From the IMG/VR virus record IMGVR_UViG_3300049982_000125, positions 1 through 50,764 of that record: 50,764 nucleotides of DNA; one strand, 5' to 3'. This document shows, piece by piece, positions 9,848 through 18,794 of the stretch. The translations under genes and the position numbers were made by a program. Position 1 is the stretch's first letter; each line of letters opens with the position of its first letter. The stretch is from a virus. Lineage: Duplodnaviria > Caudoviricetes. Below the pieces are notes generated by a model, which saw only the letters and a list, made by a program, of their open reading frames with translations, made no database searches and was not told the origin of the DNA.

Positions 9848-10144
9848 TTAGTCGGTGTCGGTCGCCGTCAGTGCCAGGGTGTCGGCCACGTCGACCGCGG
9901 TGGCGGACAGGCCGTTCACGACATGGAAGCCGACCGTCGAAACCGAGGTCGGCACCGAAACGCTGTCCACGGTGAGGCGCAGGATCACGTCGCCCAGCTT
10001 GAGGCGATTGTCCGGCGTCGCAGTCGCGGTCAGGAAGTAGTCGGCGGTGTCGACCGTCGCCGCGGCGTCCGCGGTGACGTAGTGCCAGAAGTTGTGGCGG
10101 CCGAGATGCTGGATCAGCCGCAGATTGGCTGCGTCATAAGCCAT
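9848..10144 (-). CDS. Putative capsid decoration/cement protein
   Basis: 98 aa, Thr/Ala/Val-rich, directly downstream of the major capsid gene. Confidence 0.5.
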   Translation of the reverse strand: MAYDAANLRLIQHLGRHNFWHYVTADAAATVDTADYFLTATATPDNRLKLGDVILRLTVDSVSVPTSVSTVGFHVVNGLSATAVDVADTLALTATDTD

Positions 10145-10178
10145 TGGAGTGCTCCGAGTTGATGAAGGGGGAAGTGCA

Positions 10179-10196
10179 GCGGGGCCGAAGCCCCGC
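10179..10196 (-). terminator. UUCG hairpin after the major capsid gene
   Basis: GCGGGGC-TTCG-GCCCCGC on the minus strand, just after the capsid stop. Confidence 0.55.
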
Positions 10197-10215
10197 CGCG
10201 TCAGCCGTCAGGCCG

Positions 10216-11112
10216 TTACGAGGTCGGCAGGGCCGCGGTGTCGTCGATGGTGCCCTTGATCACGCCCGCGTCGTCGATCAGGCAGGCGCCGCCCGACATC
10301 CAGTGGTTGACCCAGTGCGCGGCGCGCGGGCCTTCCCAGGTGATGTCGGCCGCGACAGCCATCTCGCCGTCGACCGCAGCCACGTTGTTGGCAACGGAGC
10401 CGGTGGCGTAACCGGCGGCCTCCTGGTGGTACATGAGCAGCGTCGCCGTGGACGTGCCCTTGCCAGCCAGGCCGGTGTGCATCGCCCAGTTGACGTTCAT
10501 CCAGCGCTTGAAGGTCATGACCGGCGCGCCCGCCACGTAGGGCAGGTTGGCATCACCCACGTAGTCCGCGCGCTTGAACTCGTCGACCGTCATCAGGAAG
10601 GCCCAGGCCTTCGGGGTGAGCAGCCCGAAGATGTTGCCATCGTTCGGGGCGTCGTTCGAGAACAGCGCGGTGACCATGTTGATGGCGCTGTTGCGGATCG
10701 CGGCCGCGCTGGTCACGGTCCAGTTCGACGCGGTCTGCGAGGTCGTGCCGAGCGCGGTGATGATCTGGTCATCGGTCTTGCGGCCGAGGGCGCGGGCGCC
10801 GCCGGTCGCGATGGCCAGCCGCTCGTCGACGTTGGTCTTAGCCTGGTCGAGCTTGTCGACGTAATCGCCGGCATAGAAATCGGCGAGCGTGCAGGTCGCC
10901 GGCGTGTGGTCCTGGTTCATCGGCGTGATCACGCCGTGACGGGCCTTGGTGGTGGCCGTGCCCTTGCCGATCTTCTGGAACGTGGTGGTCGATCCGACCA
11001 CGCCGTCCTTGGTGCGGACGGTCTTGCGCAGCATGCTGCCCTTGCGCTGGTACGCGTGCTTCACTTCGGCTTCGTACTGGGCCACGAAGGCGGCGGAGAT
11101 AGACGTGCTCAT
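10216..11112 (-). CDS. Major capsid protein
   Basis: MSTSISAAFVAQYEAEVKHAYQRKGSMLRKTVR...TFQKIGKG...ALGRKTDDQII is typical of podovirus capsid proteins; SD GGGAG upstream of ATG 11112. Confidence 0.9.
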   Translation of the reverse strand: MSTSISAAFVAQYEAEVKHAYQRKGSMLRKTVRTKDGVVGSTTTFQKIGKGTATTKARHGVITPMNQDHTPATCTLADFYAGDYVDKLDQAKTNVDERLAIATGGARALGRKTDDQIITALGTTSQTASNWTVTSAAAIRNSAINMVTALFSNDAPNDGNIFGLLTPKAWAFLMTVDEFKRADYVGDANLPYVAGAPVMTFKRWMNVNWAMHTGLAGKGTSTATLLMYHQEAAGYATGSVANNVAAVDGEMAVAADITWEGPRAAHWVNHWMSGGACLIDDAGVIKGTIDDTAALPTS

Positions 11113-11431
11113 GAGGGATGCTCCCGTTTCGAGCGTTTTCGGGGGAGCACGCACGCAGGTGGCTGACCGGTGGACGCGCAGGCGTAGCCGCGCGAGCGCG
11201 GGGGCCTCACGTCATCAGGTCAGGGCTTTGTGTGTGCGGGTTGGTGAGCCTTCGCCGGGGCCTTGCGGGTGGCCGGCGTCGAACTCGTGACGATCCGCCA
11301 GGAGGCGGAATTCAATGGGCTGTCAGGCCGCCCGGGCCGCGCCGTGGGGCGCTGCGATGGTTAACGGCCGCCCGATTGAATGGCGAACTGACGCGGTGTT
11401 AGACTTCGCCCAATAATTACAGACCCGTGGA

Positions 11432-12208
11432 GTGGAAATGCCCGATCCGAAGCAGATGGTTCGTTCTCTGATGCGGACGTATCCGTCCGTATTCAATCCG
11501 CTGTGGGCAGCCGTCTATCCGGTCCTATTCCGCCGCGACGAACTATGGGCGGGCGACGAGTACGGCGAGCGCGCCGAGGCGTTTCAGGTCATCCACCGCG
11601 AGAACCGGTGGGGCTCCGATGAGAGCGTGAGTGGTGTCGGCAGCACCTTGGTCAACACCGCGCCGATGCGCCGAGATCTAGCCCGGCTACTGGAGCGTAT
11701 GGACATCCGCGCTCTGCTCGACGCTCCCTGCGGGGACTACAATTGGATGCAGAACGTCAATCTGCCTCTAGGGTGCGTCTATACTGGCGCGGACATCGTG
11801 CCGGAATTGGTGTCGGATCTCCGTGATCGCTATGGCGACGCGCGCCATAATTTTGTGCTGCTGGACATCGTCAAGGACCCGCTGCCGCCGGCCGAACTCT
11901 GGTTGTGTCGCGAGTGCCTGTTCCATCTTTCGAACGCGGAGATCATCGAGGCACTCGAAAATTTTGCCCGGTCCGAGATCAAATACTTCCTGACGACCAC
12001 ATTCGAGTTCGAACAGAAGAACCGTGACATCAAGTCCGGCGGCTTCCGCTTCATCAACCTGCGCAAACCGCCGTTTGATCTACCGAAGCCGAAGCGGCTG
12101 ATCACTGACTTCGTGGCCCCGGAGCCGCCCCGGTATCTCGGGTTGTGGACGCGGGAGCAGGTGAAATCGGCCTTCAGTCACCCCTGGTGCTTTGGAGTTC
12201 CAGCATGA
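11432..12208 (+). CDS. Class I SAM-dependent methyltransferase (moron, antisense to the late operon)
   Basis: WGSDESVSGVGST, LLDAPCGDYNW, YTGADIV, LDIVKDPLP, CRECLFHL match a small-molecule/glycan MTase family; no DPPY/NPPY DNA-MTase motif. Confidence 0.85.
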   Translation: MEMPDPKQMVRSLMRTYPSVFNPLWAAVYPVLFRRDELWAGDEYGERAEAFQVIHRENRWGSDESVSGVGSTLVNTAPMRRDLARLLERMDIRALLDAPCGDYNWMQNVNLPLGCVYTGADIVPELVSDLRDRYGDARHNFVLLDIVKDPLPPAELWLCRECLFHLSNAEIIEALENFARSEIKYFLTTTFEFEQKNRDIKSGGFRFINLRKPPFDLPKPKRLITDFVAPEPPRYLGLWTREQVKSAFSHPWCFGVPA

Positions 12209-12342
12209 CTTTCGCTCATTGGTCCCTCGCCCAATGGTTCGGCATCACCCTCGGCGGCGCGATTTGGCTCGCGGTGATCGTGTCCTGGTTTACCGACCCG
12301 CGTAAAGATAACGGCAAGCCTGACCTGCCCGGCGGCATGTGA
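12205..12342 (+). CDS. Small single-pass membrane protein
   Basis: ATGA overlap with the MTase; MTFAHWSLAQWFGITLGGAIWLAVIVSWF hydrophobic stretch; stop abuts the convergent gene. Confidence 0.55.
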   Translation: MTFAHWSLAQWFGITLGGAIWLAVIVSWFTDPRKDNGKPDLPGGM

Positions 12343-15300
12343 TCAGATCGCCCCCAGCGTCGTCAGGTACTCTCGCATGATCGTGTTGAGCGCCCGCGCG
12401 TGAGCAGGCGATGGCACACGGCCCCAGCCGGCAACGGCAATGCGCTGCGTCCCCGCCGCCGAGGCTGTCGCCGCCCCGATCTTGATCGTCTCGTTGTCGA
12501 ACGACGACGAGGTGGTGATCACGCTGCCGAAAAATCCACCTGACGTCAGGTCCCCGTCCTTGTACACGAAGCCATAACTCGATTTCTTCGCGAACGTATA
12601 CAGCCCGGGGGTGTCGCTACCGAGGAACACATCGGCGTCGCTTGTCAGGCCATACCGGACGGTCGGTGTGGCTGGCCCGGGGGAGACCCGCCAGTTCGAC
12701 GTTCCGAGCGCGTGGCTGTCGGAGGCGCCCGCGCTTTCATCCAATGTGAACACGCTCCAATGGCAGTCGTTAGCGGTCATGTCGTAGCCGACGACCGTCG
12801 TCAGGTTGACCCCGGTGTCCCAATAGTTGCCGGCGCCCGTGCTCTTGACGCCGCGGTCGGCGGTGAAGCCTGGCGTGCCGACCTTGGTGCAGACCTTGCT
12901 GGGGTCCTTCCAGTCGATAAAGCCCGCTGCCTCGCTGTGGGCGGCCGGAATGACCAGCCCGTCGAAGACGGCCCACACCGACCGGCTCGTGCCGTCGGGG
13001 CACGGCGCCGAAGTGCCCTTCATCTTGGCGATCGCCGTATTGATCGCAGTCTGGCGGCCGGCATCCGGCGTCGATCCAGCCGATGTCATCGCGCTGACAA
13101 GGGCGGTCGTCTCCGTTTGCGTCCCGCCGAGCGCCGTCACCGGGACAGTCGGCTCGTAGAACTTGAAATGCTCCGTAACGAGCGTGTTTGGGAAAACGGT
13201 GGTTTCGTCCCAATCCCCAGAGAACGACGAGGGCGCGTTGCCCACCGTGTTCTGGAGCATCGTGAACTTGGACTGGTGCGACTTGGGTGTGGTCGAGAGC
13301 GAATGCACCAGGAAATAATCGACGTAGAACTTGATCTGCGTCGGGGTGATCTCCATCGTGTATTCGTGCAGGCCTTCCCGGAAGTCGTCAAAAGCGATGG
13401 GGATCTGGCTCTGCCCCCCGGTTAGCGATGTGTCGTGTACGGTGACCCGCACGCCGAAAGGGTCCTGCCCGAACCACTCCTGTAGATCCCATTCCCCGGT
13501 GTCGAGCGCTACGGAGTAGGTCCAATAAGCCGGCCACACGCCCTGGCCGCCTTCAAACGGCATCGTGCCGCGGAACGTCCAAACCCCGTATATCCCCTGG
13601 TGCCCGCCATAACGCGACATCAGAATGCTGGAGATGAAGGGTCGAGCGAGCCCGTTTTGCGTCGCAATGCTGCGCAATTCGGCCGGAGTGTCCCGCGTCG
13701 TCTGCAATGCGAGGCTGTTGCGAAATTCTAGAACCCCGTACCCTTGGTAGGCCGGTCGCGACACGTCAAGGAAGAACGCGTCCTCCAGGTTGTTCGTGGT
13801 GCCGCCATAGGCGGTGTTGTTCGGGTTCGTTGGCGCCGCACCCCAACCACCCGGCAGTATGTCGGGGAAGCCAGCAGTCGGGACGGCATTGCGCTGGGCC
13901 CACTGGACATCGGTCAGGGCGGCATAGTCGAAGTCATCATCATACGTGAGCGTGTAGCCGGTCGAAAGGTCGATGTCCTTCGCCCAACTCGGAGCGGCGG
14001 ACCCGTATGTCGCGCTGGCCCAGCTATAGATCTGGAACCGCTCCGTCAGGGTCAGCCGACGATTGAAGACCAGGATGCGGTAGATATCTCCAACCATGCC
14101 GCCGGAGCTTCCGCCGATGCGCACGTTGTTCGCAGCGTAGGCGTCGAACGTGAGGTTTCGCACGATCGCAGAGAGCCGGCTGTCGCCCCGGAAGTCCCGC
14201 TCAACGAACAGATTCTCCGCCGACGCAACCATGCTCATGAAGCAGCAGACGGTATCGACCGCATAGGTGCTCGCGAGCGCCGCGTTTCCGAGCCCGGTAC
14301 TGTCACCGACGTACTGATAGAATTTAGCGTTCTGGAACCGGCTCTGGAGGCGATATCCGGCCGAGTTTCCGGCGGTCGTCGGAGCCCGCCACCCGAAGGC
14401 GGCGCGCGCCGTCGCGTCGACCGTCGATGTGCTGGCGATGATGATAACGGTTGGCATTTCCCACGCGGCGTCGAACATGCTGACGAGGCCGGCGGTCGCG
14501 CAGTCGAGGTACTGTGTCGCGCTGAGCCGCAGCACGGGCTTGTTCTGCGGTCCAGCCGTAGCGACCCACAGGGGCTTGTTGGCGCCCGTCGCCTGAGAGA
14601 ACACGAAACCCTCAGTCGACGTGATCGAGGCGACGTTGTTGCTGCCGTCCTTGCTGACCGTCCCCGCGGGATCGATGTCGAGAACAAGGCCGGAGAACGT
14701 CGAGGGAGCCGCCGCGGCGGGCGTTGTGCCCCGCCATGTGTCGTAATCAGGGAACACGCGGATATTGATCGTCTTCGAGAAAGTGAGCCCGCTCACCGTC
14801 TCCGTGACCAGCACCGTGACCGAGTGCCCGCGCGAATAGCCGTTGGAAAGGATCGGCGCGCTTGCGTAGCTCAGCGCCGTCGCCCCCTGGCGGAGTTGGC
14901 CATCCGCGTCGACCTTGAAGCGGCTGCCGGCAGTGTCCGTCAGGGTGATCGTGCAGGCGTCGTCGGGCACGCTGGGGTCGATGACGAAGAACTTACCGAG
15001 CGGCGTGTCCTCCGCCTGGCCCTCAACGGCCCAATCCATGTCGATGCGAATATCGGTCGGCGCCGCGGGCGGCGCGCTCACCGCGATTGTCTGCGTACTG
15101 GCGACCACCGCAGGCACCGAGACCGCGATCTCGTAGGTGTCGTTCGCGAGCCCGTCGCTGAACGTGTATGTGAAGTGGCCGCTGCTATCGGTCGTCGTCG
15201 TACCGGACGCAACGTCGTCGAGCGAGACCGTGACCGTTAACCCGGTGACGGCGCCGCCCGGGTTATAGACCTGGCCCGAAACGGTCGGAGTGGGGGTGTC

Positions 15301-15357
15301 GGTATCTTCGACCGCAAAGACTAGACGCGTACCGAGGTTGCGGCGACGAACGGGCAT
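12343..15357 (-). CDS. Multidomain virion fibre: Ig/cadherin-like + LamG-like + GH16 glycoside hydrolase + C-terminal lectin-like domain
   Basis: 1004 aa. GH16 signature GVWPAYW...GEWDLQEWFG (E-x-D-x-x-E) and GLHEYTMEITP; LamG-like end GDIYRILVFNRRLT; Thr/Ser-rich Ig-like N-terminus. Confidence 0.75.
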   Translation of the reverse strand: MPVRRRNLGTRLVFAVEDTDTPTPTVSGQVYNPGGAVTGLTVTVSLDDVASGTTTTDSSGHFTYTFSDGLANDTYEIAVSVPAVVASTQTIAVSAPPAAPTDIRIDMDWAVEGQAEDTPLGKFFVIDPSVPDDACTITLTDTAGSRFKVDADGQLRQGATALSYASAPILSNGYSRGHSVTVLVTETVSGLTFSKTINIRVFPDYDTWRGTTPAAAAPSTFSGLVLDIDPAGTVSKDGSNNVASITSTEGFVFSQATGANKPLWVATAGPQNKPVLRLSATQYLDCATAGLVSMFDAAWEMPTVIIIASTSTVDATARAAFGWRAPTTAGNSAGYRLQSRFQNAKFYQYVGDSTGLGNAALASTYAVDTVCCFMSMVASAENLFVERDFRGDSRLSAIVRNLTFDAYAANNVRIGGSSGGMVGDIYRILVFNRRLTLTERFQIYSWASATYGSAAPSWAKDIDLSTGYTLTYDDDFDYAALTDVQWAQRNAVPTAGFPDILPGGWGAAPTNPNNTAYGGTTNNLEDAFFLDVSRPAYQGYGVLEFRNSLALQTTRDTPAELRSIATQNGLARPFISSILMSRYGGHQGIYGVWTFRGTMPFEGGQGVWPAYWTYSVALDTGEWDLQEWFGQDPFGVRVTVHDTSLTGGQSQIPIAFDDFREGLHEYTMEITPTQIKFYVDYFLVHSLSTTPKSHQSKFTMLQNTVGNAPSSFSGDWDETTVFPNTLVTEHFKFYEPTVPVTALGGTQTETTALVSAMTSAGSTPDAGRQTAINTAIAKMKGTSAPCPDGTSRSVWAVFDGLVIPAAHSEAAGFIDWKDPSKVCTKVGTPGFTADRGVKSTGAGNYWDTGVNLTTVVGYDMTANDCHWSVFTLDESAGASDSHALGTSNWRVSPGPATPTVRYGLTSDADVFLGSDTPGLYTFAKKSSYGFVYKDGDLTSGGFFGSVITTSSSFDNETIKIGAATASAAGTQRIAVAGWGRVPSPAHARALNTIMREYLTTLGAI

Positions 15358-15737
15358 CAGGCGTACTCCGCCGTCAGGTCTTTGCCGGAGGCGGCGCAGT
15401 AGACATAGACCGCGTTGGTGGGCACCGCATGCGGCGGCGCCTCGTAGACATCACCAGCGGCCAGCTTGCGCGAGCCAGCCGCGTTCGCAGCGGGCGTGGT
15501 GTCCGTGAAGCTGTACCAGATGTCGGTGTCCGACACGTTCTCGATGTAAAGGTGCTGGCGCGAGGCGTTGGACGCTACCAACAGCTGCGCGCTTCCGGTC
15601 GTGGTGATGCTGATATCGATGATCGTAAGCGGATTGCCGCGAGACAGACGCACCGGGTTTTCCTCGCCCCCGAGCGACTTGCCGGCAAGCGTCGGCGATC
15701 CTGTAACGGCGCCGCTGGAGTTGATCGTGACTGACAT
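15357..15737 (-). CDS. Small beta-rich protein, putative head-spike base/adaptor
   Basis: 126 aa, translationally coupled (TGATG) to the 1004-aa fibre gene; segment NASRQHLYIENVSDTDIWYSF. Confidence 0.5.
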   Translation of the reverse strand: MSVTINSSGAVTGSPTLAGKSLGGEENPVRLSRGNPLTIIDISITTTGSAQLLVASNASRQHLYIENVSDTDIWYSFTDTTPAANAAGSRKLAAGDVYEAPPHAVPTNAVYVYCAASGKDLTAEYA

Positions 15738-15762
15738 TTCAGATTATCCCGGATGCGAGGTA

Positions 15763-15790
15763 AGCCCCACCGGCCAAAGCCGATGGGGCT
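15763..15790 (-). terminator. Hairpin separating the two fibre cassettes
   Basis: AGCCCCA-CCGGC-CAAA-GCCG-ATGGGGCT inverted repeat. Confidence 0.45.
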
Positions 15791-15791
15791 G

Positions 15792-17267
15792 CTAAGGGTT
15801 TATGAGGGCCTCGACAATCGGCGCTAGAAGTGCCGCCATCTTGGAGTAACCCAAGGCATTCGGATGCAAATTGTCCGGGAAGTACGTCGTCGAGATTGGC
15901 GAGAACTCAGCAATGTTGGCGTAGTCCGCCACCGTGTATCCCTCGGCGGCGGCGTTATCCCGAATGAGCTGGTTGTAGGCCAGCCGCTCGGTTTCTTTCT
16001 GCGACTGGTCGGTCGTGGTTCCACCCCACGTGCGCGGGGTGAGCGTCCCAACGACCATTGTCCAGCCGGTAGCTTTCTGGGCCTGGATGTATCCGAGCAT
16101 GCCGGACGTTCCGGTGCCCCATACAGTCGTCGCGCCGCCGACGATCGAGCCGGAAGCCAGCGCGTTGATGTCGTTCGTGCCGGCGAGGATGACCTGAATG
16201 TTCTTCGCCAGGGCGGCGTCGTACTTGGATGTCCCCTGGATCCGGTTTGTGTAGATCGTGGCCATCGTCTGGCCGAAGACGCCAAGGTTGGCGACGTTCA
16301 CCCGTTCGCTCAACAGCGCTTCGGTCTGGCGCGGATTGTTGTGCAGGTACGTGGCTTGCGCGTCCGTCGAGCCCGTCCCGAACGTGATCGAGTCGCCGGG
16401 GAACAAGACCTGCTTGGTCGCAAGAAAGATGTCGAACGCCGTGTTGCATGCCGTTCTAACCGTCGCGATATCGGCGCTCTTGTCGCTCGGATAGAATGCG
16501 GTGAGGAACTTGGTGCCCGTATACGATGCGGGGCTCGGCTCGTTCTTGCCAAGAAACCCGCCCGCGCTCGTGCCTGCGTTGAAGGCCGTGCCCGTCTGCG
16601 TGGTGTTGTCCGTCGTGACGGACGAGGAGGCCGCCTTGCCCACGACGGCCGAGAACATGGCCTGCGCCCGAAAGCGCGTCTGATTGAAATTCTGCGCGCT
16701 CGCGGCGTTCCAGATCGACAGCATGTTCTGCGTCGCGACCAGCTGCGGGTAGAAGCGGTCCGTTGATAGCGAACCGAGGCTCCACAGCGGCCCGGCCCAT
16801 GTGAGTGGCGCCGACACGTCGAACACGGTGCAGTTTTGTCGGTCCAGAGACACACCCGCGGGCACCACGAGAAAGTGGTTCGTGAGGTGAGAAATGCCCT
16901 GCTTTCCGCGGTACCGGCCGCCGGCATTCAGGTACGGCCGGTTGCCGTTCGTGGTCTGCGTCGCATGATTCCCGCTGCCGCTCTGATCGTAGAAGACCGA
17001 GACCCGCAACGGCCCTGTCAGGGCATTAATTGCAGCCGTGTCGATATGTCCATTCGAAGCGAAGCCAACGTCGACAGCCGCGCCCGCGCCATCACTCTGC
17101 ACCACCTGAAGGGACGGCCCGGAATAGCCGGCAACGCGCTGGGTCGAGTAGATTGCAGAGGCGCCGGCAGGCAGCACAATGTCGGAGGAGACGCCAGCGG
17201 ACGCGCGCCGCCGTATCGCCCCCATCCGCCCGAATCCGGCACCGAGCCGGCCGAGACCGAAGCTCAT
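15792..17267 (-). CDS. Virion fibre with lectin-like domain and SGNH/GDSL esterase
   Basis: SGNH blocks FPGDSIT, NLGVFG, LAGTND and DNLHPN are all present; N-terminal YDQSGSGNHATQ lectin/AbfB-like segment; Gly-Leu-rich N-terminal peptide. Confidence 0.8.
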   Translation of the reverse strand: MSFGLGRLGAGFGRMGAIRRRASAGVSSDIVLPAGASAIYSTQRVAGYSGPSLQVVQSDGAGAAVDVGFASNGHIDTAAINALTGPLRVSVFYDQSGSGNHATQTTNGNRPYLNAGGRYRGKQGISHLTNHFLVVPAGVSLDRQNCTVFDVSAPLTWAGPLWSLGSLSTDRFYPQLVATQNMLSIWNAASAQNFNQTRFRAQAMFSAVVGKAASSSVTTDNTTQTGTAFNAGTSAGGFLGKNEPSPASYTGTKFLTAFYPSDKSADIATVRTACNTAFDIFLATKQVLFPGDSITFGTGSTDAQATYLHNNPRQTEALLSERVNVANLGVFGQTMATIYTNRIQGTSKYDAALAKNIQVILAGTNDINALASGSIVGGATTVWGTGTSGMLGYIQAQKATGWTMVVGTLTPRTWGGTTTDQSQKETERLAYNQLIRDNAAAEGYTVADYANIAEFSPISTTYFPDNLHPNALGYSKMAALLAPIVEALINP

Positions 17268-17270
17268 CGG

Positions 17271-17570
17271 TTAGGTGTTCGCGATCACGGCGACCTTGTG
17301 GCCGGCCGTCACCCCGAAATACTCGGTCTGGTCGGCAGCAAGCCGCGCGGTCGAAGTCGTCGCCGTCGGGTTGCTGTCGATCTTGATCGAGCAGATCGCG
17401 TCCGTATGCACGCGAATGAACCGCGTGCTGGCGTCGAAGGCCGCCGACTGCAAAGTCCCGGCCGTAATGGCCACGGTCTGATGCGCGATGGCAGGCGCCT
17501 GCGCCACCGGCGGGGCGCCCCTGACCGTTTCGGCCAGGTTTGCATATTCGGCGATGTAGAGCGTTGCCAT
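17271..17570 (-). CDS. Small beta-rich protein, putative head-spike base/adaptor
   Basis: 99 aa, between the scaffold and SGNH fibre genes; SD AAAGG. Confidence 0.5.
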   Translation of the reverse strand: MATLYIAEYANLAETVRGAPPVAQAPAIAHQTVAITAGTLQSAAFDASTRFIRVHTDAICSIKIDSNPTATTSTARLAADQTEYFGVTAGHKVAVIANT

Positions 17571-17587
17571 CGTTCAGCCTTTCAGGT

Positions 17588-18487
17588 TCAGAGCGCGCGG
17601 CTGATCGGCCCGGCGCCGTACAGAGCCGCGTTGATTTCGGAGATGCGGCGCTGGACGCCCGACTGTCGGTATTTCTCGGTGCCGGGCGGGTTCTCGGTCA
17701 TGATCCGGGAGAGTTCGTCCTGCAGGGTCTGCTTCTCGGTCACGCCGACGGCGCCGATGAACTCGCCCTCGCCCATGCGCAGGCCGATGCTTGCGAACGC
17801 CTTCACGAGCGCCGGGTGGTCGCCGAGCTTCGCGCCGTTGACGACGGTATCCAGCACCGACTTGAGCGCGGGATCGCCAAAGGTCTCGACGGCGCGCATC
17901 GCGACCTGCAAGTTGCGGTCGAAATCGCCGCCCCATTCCTTGCGCAGCGAGGTCTCCGCCTCGGCGCGCTTGGCTTCGGCCACGCGATTGGCTTCGGCCA
18001 TCTGCGCTTCGGCCATGGCGACGACGGCCTTGACCGCCTCGGACGCGGCCGCAGCCGGGACGCCGGCCTTGTGGAAGGCCTTGGCCACCTCGCCGTGGAC
18101 CGCCTTGTCCTGCTCGGTCGCCTCGCGGCCCAGTTCGAACTTGTATCCGTCGGGCGCGTCGGGCACGCCGATCGCCTTGTGGAACTTGGCTCGATCCTCG
18201 TCGCTGGCGCCCTCGCCCGGCACGCGGATCATGCTCGAGTTGGCCTTGCGCAGGTCGAGTGCGACCTTCACGGCGTCGGCAGGGCTGGCCAGGCGCGCCG
18301 CGAATTCCTTGTGCTCGCCCTCGAGACCGGAGCGCCAGTCGGCGGCCGCGACCGGATCAGGGGCCGGCGCCGGGCTCGGCTCAGGCGACGGTGCGGGCGC
18401 CGGAGACGGATCCGGAACGGGCGCGGGGGTCGGAGCAAGCACGGGGGTGGGTTCCGGCGCAGGAGCCGGCGCAGGCGTATCGCTCAT
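17588..18487 (-). CDS. Capsid scaffolding protein
   Basis: Pro/Ala-rich N-terminus; FHKAIGVPDAPDGY, LRKEWGGDFD and LGDHPALVK are typical of podovirus scaffolds. Confidence 0.85.
   Translation of the reverse strand: MSDTPAPAPAPEPTPVLAPTPAPVPDPSPAPAPSPEPSPAPAPDPVAAADWRSGLEGEHKEFAARLASPADAVKVALDLRKANSSMIRVPGEGASDEDRAKFHKAIGVPDAPDGYKFELGREATEQDKAVHGEVAKAFHKAGVPAAAASEAVKAVVAMAEAQMAEANRVAEAKRAEAETSLRKEWGGDFDRNLQVAMRAVETFGDPALKSVLDTVVNGAKLGDHPALVKAFASIGLRMGEGEFIGAVGVTEKQTLQDELSRIMTENPPGTEKYRQSGVQRRISEINAALYGAGPISRAL
18355..18478 (-). repeat. Low-complexity (Pro-X)n coding repeat
   Basis: PAPAPAPEPTPVLAPTPAPVPDPSPAPAPSPEPSPAPAPDP at the scaffold N-terminus. Confidence 0.8.
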
Positions 18488-18512
18488 CAATCACCTTGGT
18501 GGTCGTGGAAGA

Positions 18513-18794
18513 TCAGGTTTCGCGCGGCGGCACGGTCGCCCACGCCAGAAGCTTGAGCCCGACGTCTCGCCGGGCGGCGCGCCAGACGAGCGCGGCATGG
18601 TTCGCGGCATCGTCCTCGCCGACCGGCCGCCCCTCGCAGAGGTCGACGATCTGGGCCAGGACGCGCTTGCCGCCCTCGGTGGCGAAAAAGCTGTGGAAAT
18701 CGCGGTATCGATCGACGGCGCGATACGCGCCTTCGGTCGTCACCTTGACCGGGCGGAGGGCCTCGATCAGGGCGGAGATGTCGTCGTCAGCCAC
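18513..18794 (-). CDS. Small protein between portal and scaffold (Bbp19-like)
   Basis: DFHSFFATEGGKRVLAQI motif; synteny. Confidence 0.65.
   Translation of the reverse strand: MADDDISALIEALRPVKVTTEGAYRAVDRYRDFHSFFATEGGKRVLAQIVDLCEGRPVGEDDAANHAALVWRAARRDVGLKLLAWATVPPRET

Noticed and set aside
10144-10230. T7 10A/10B-type capsid frameshift or read-through extension
   Set aside because: No slippery sequence at the capsid 3' end; a hairpin and a separate SD precede the next gene
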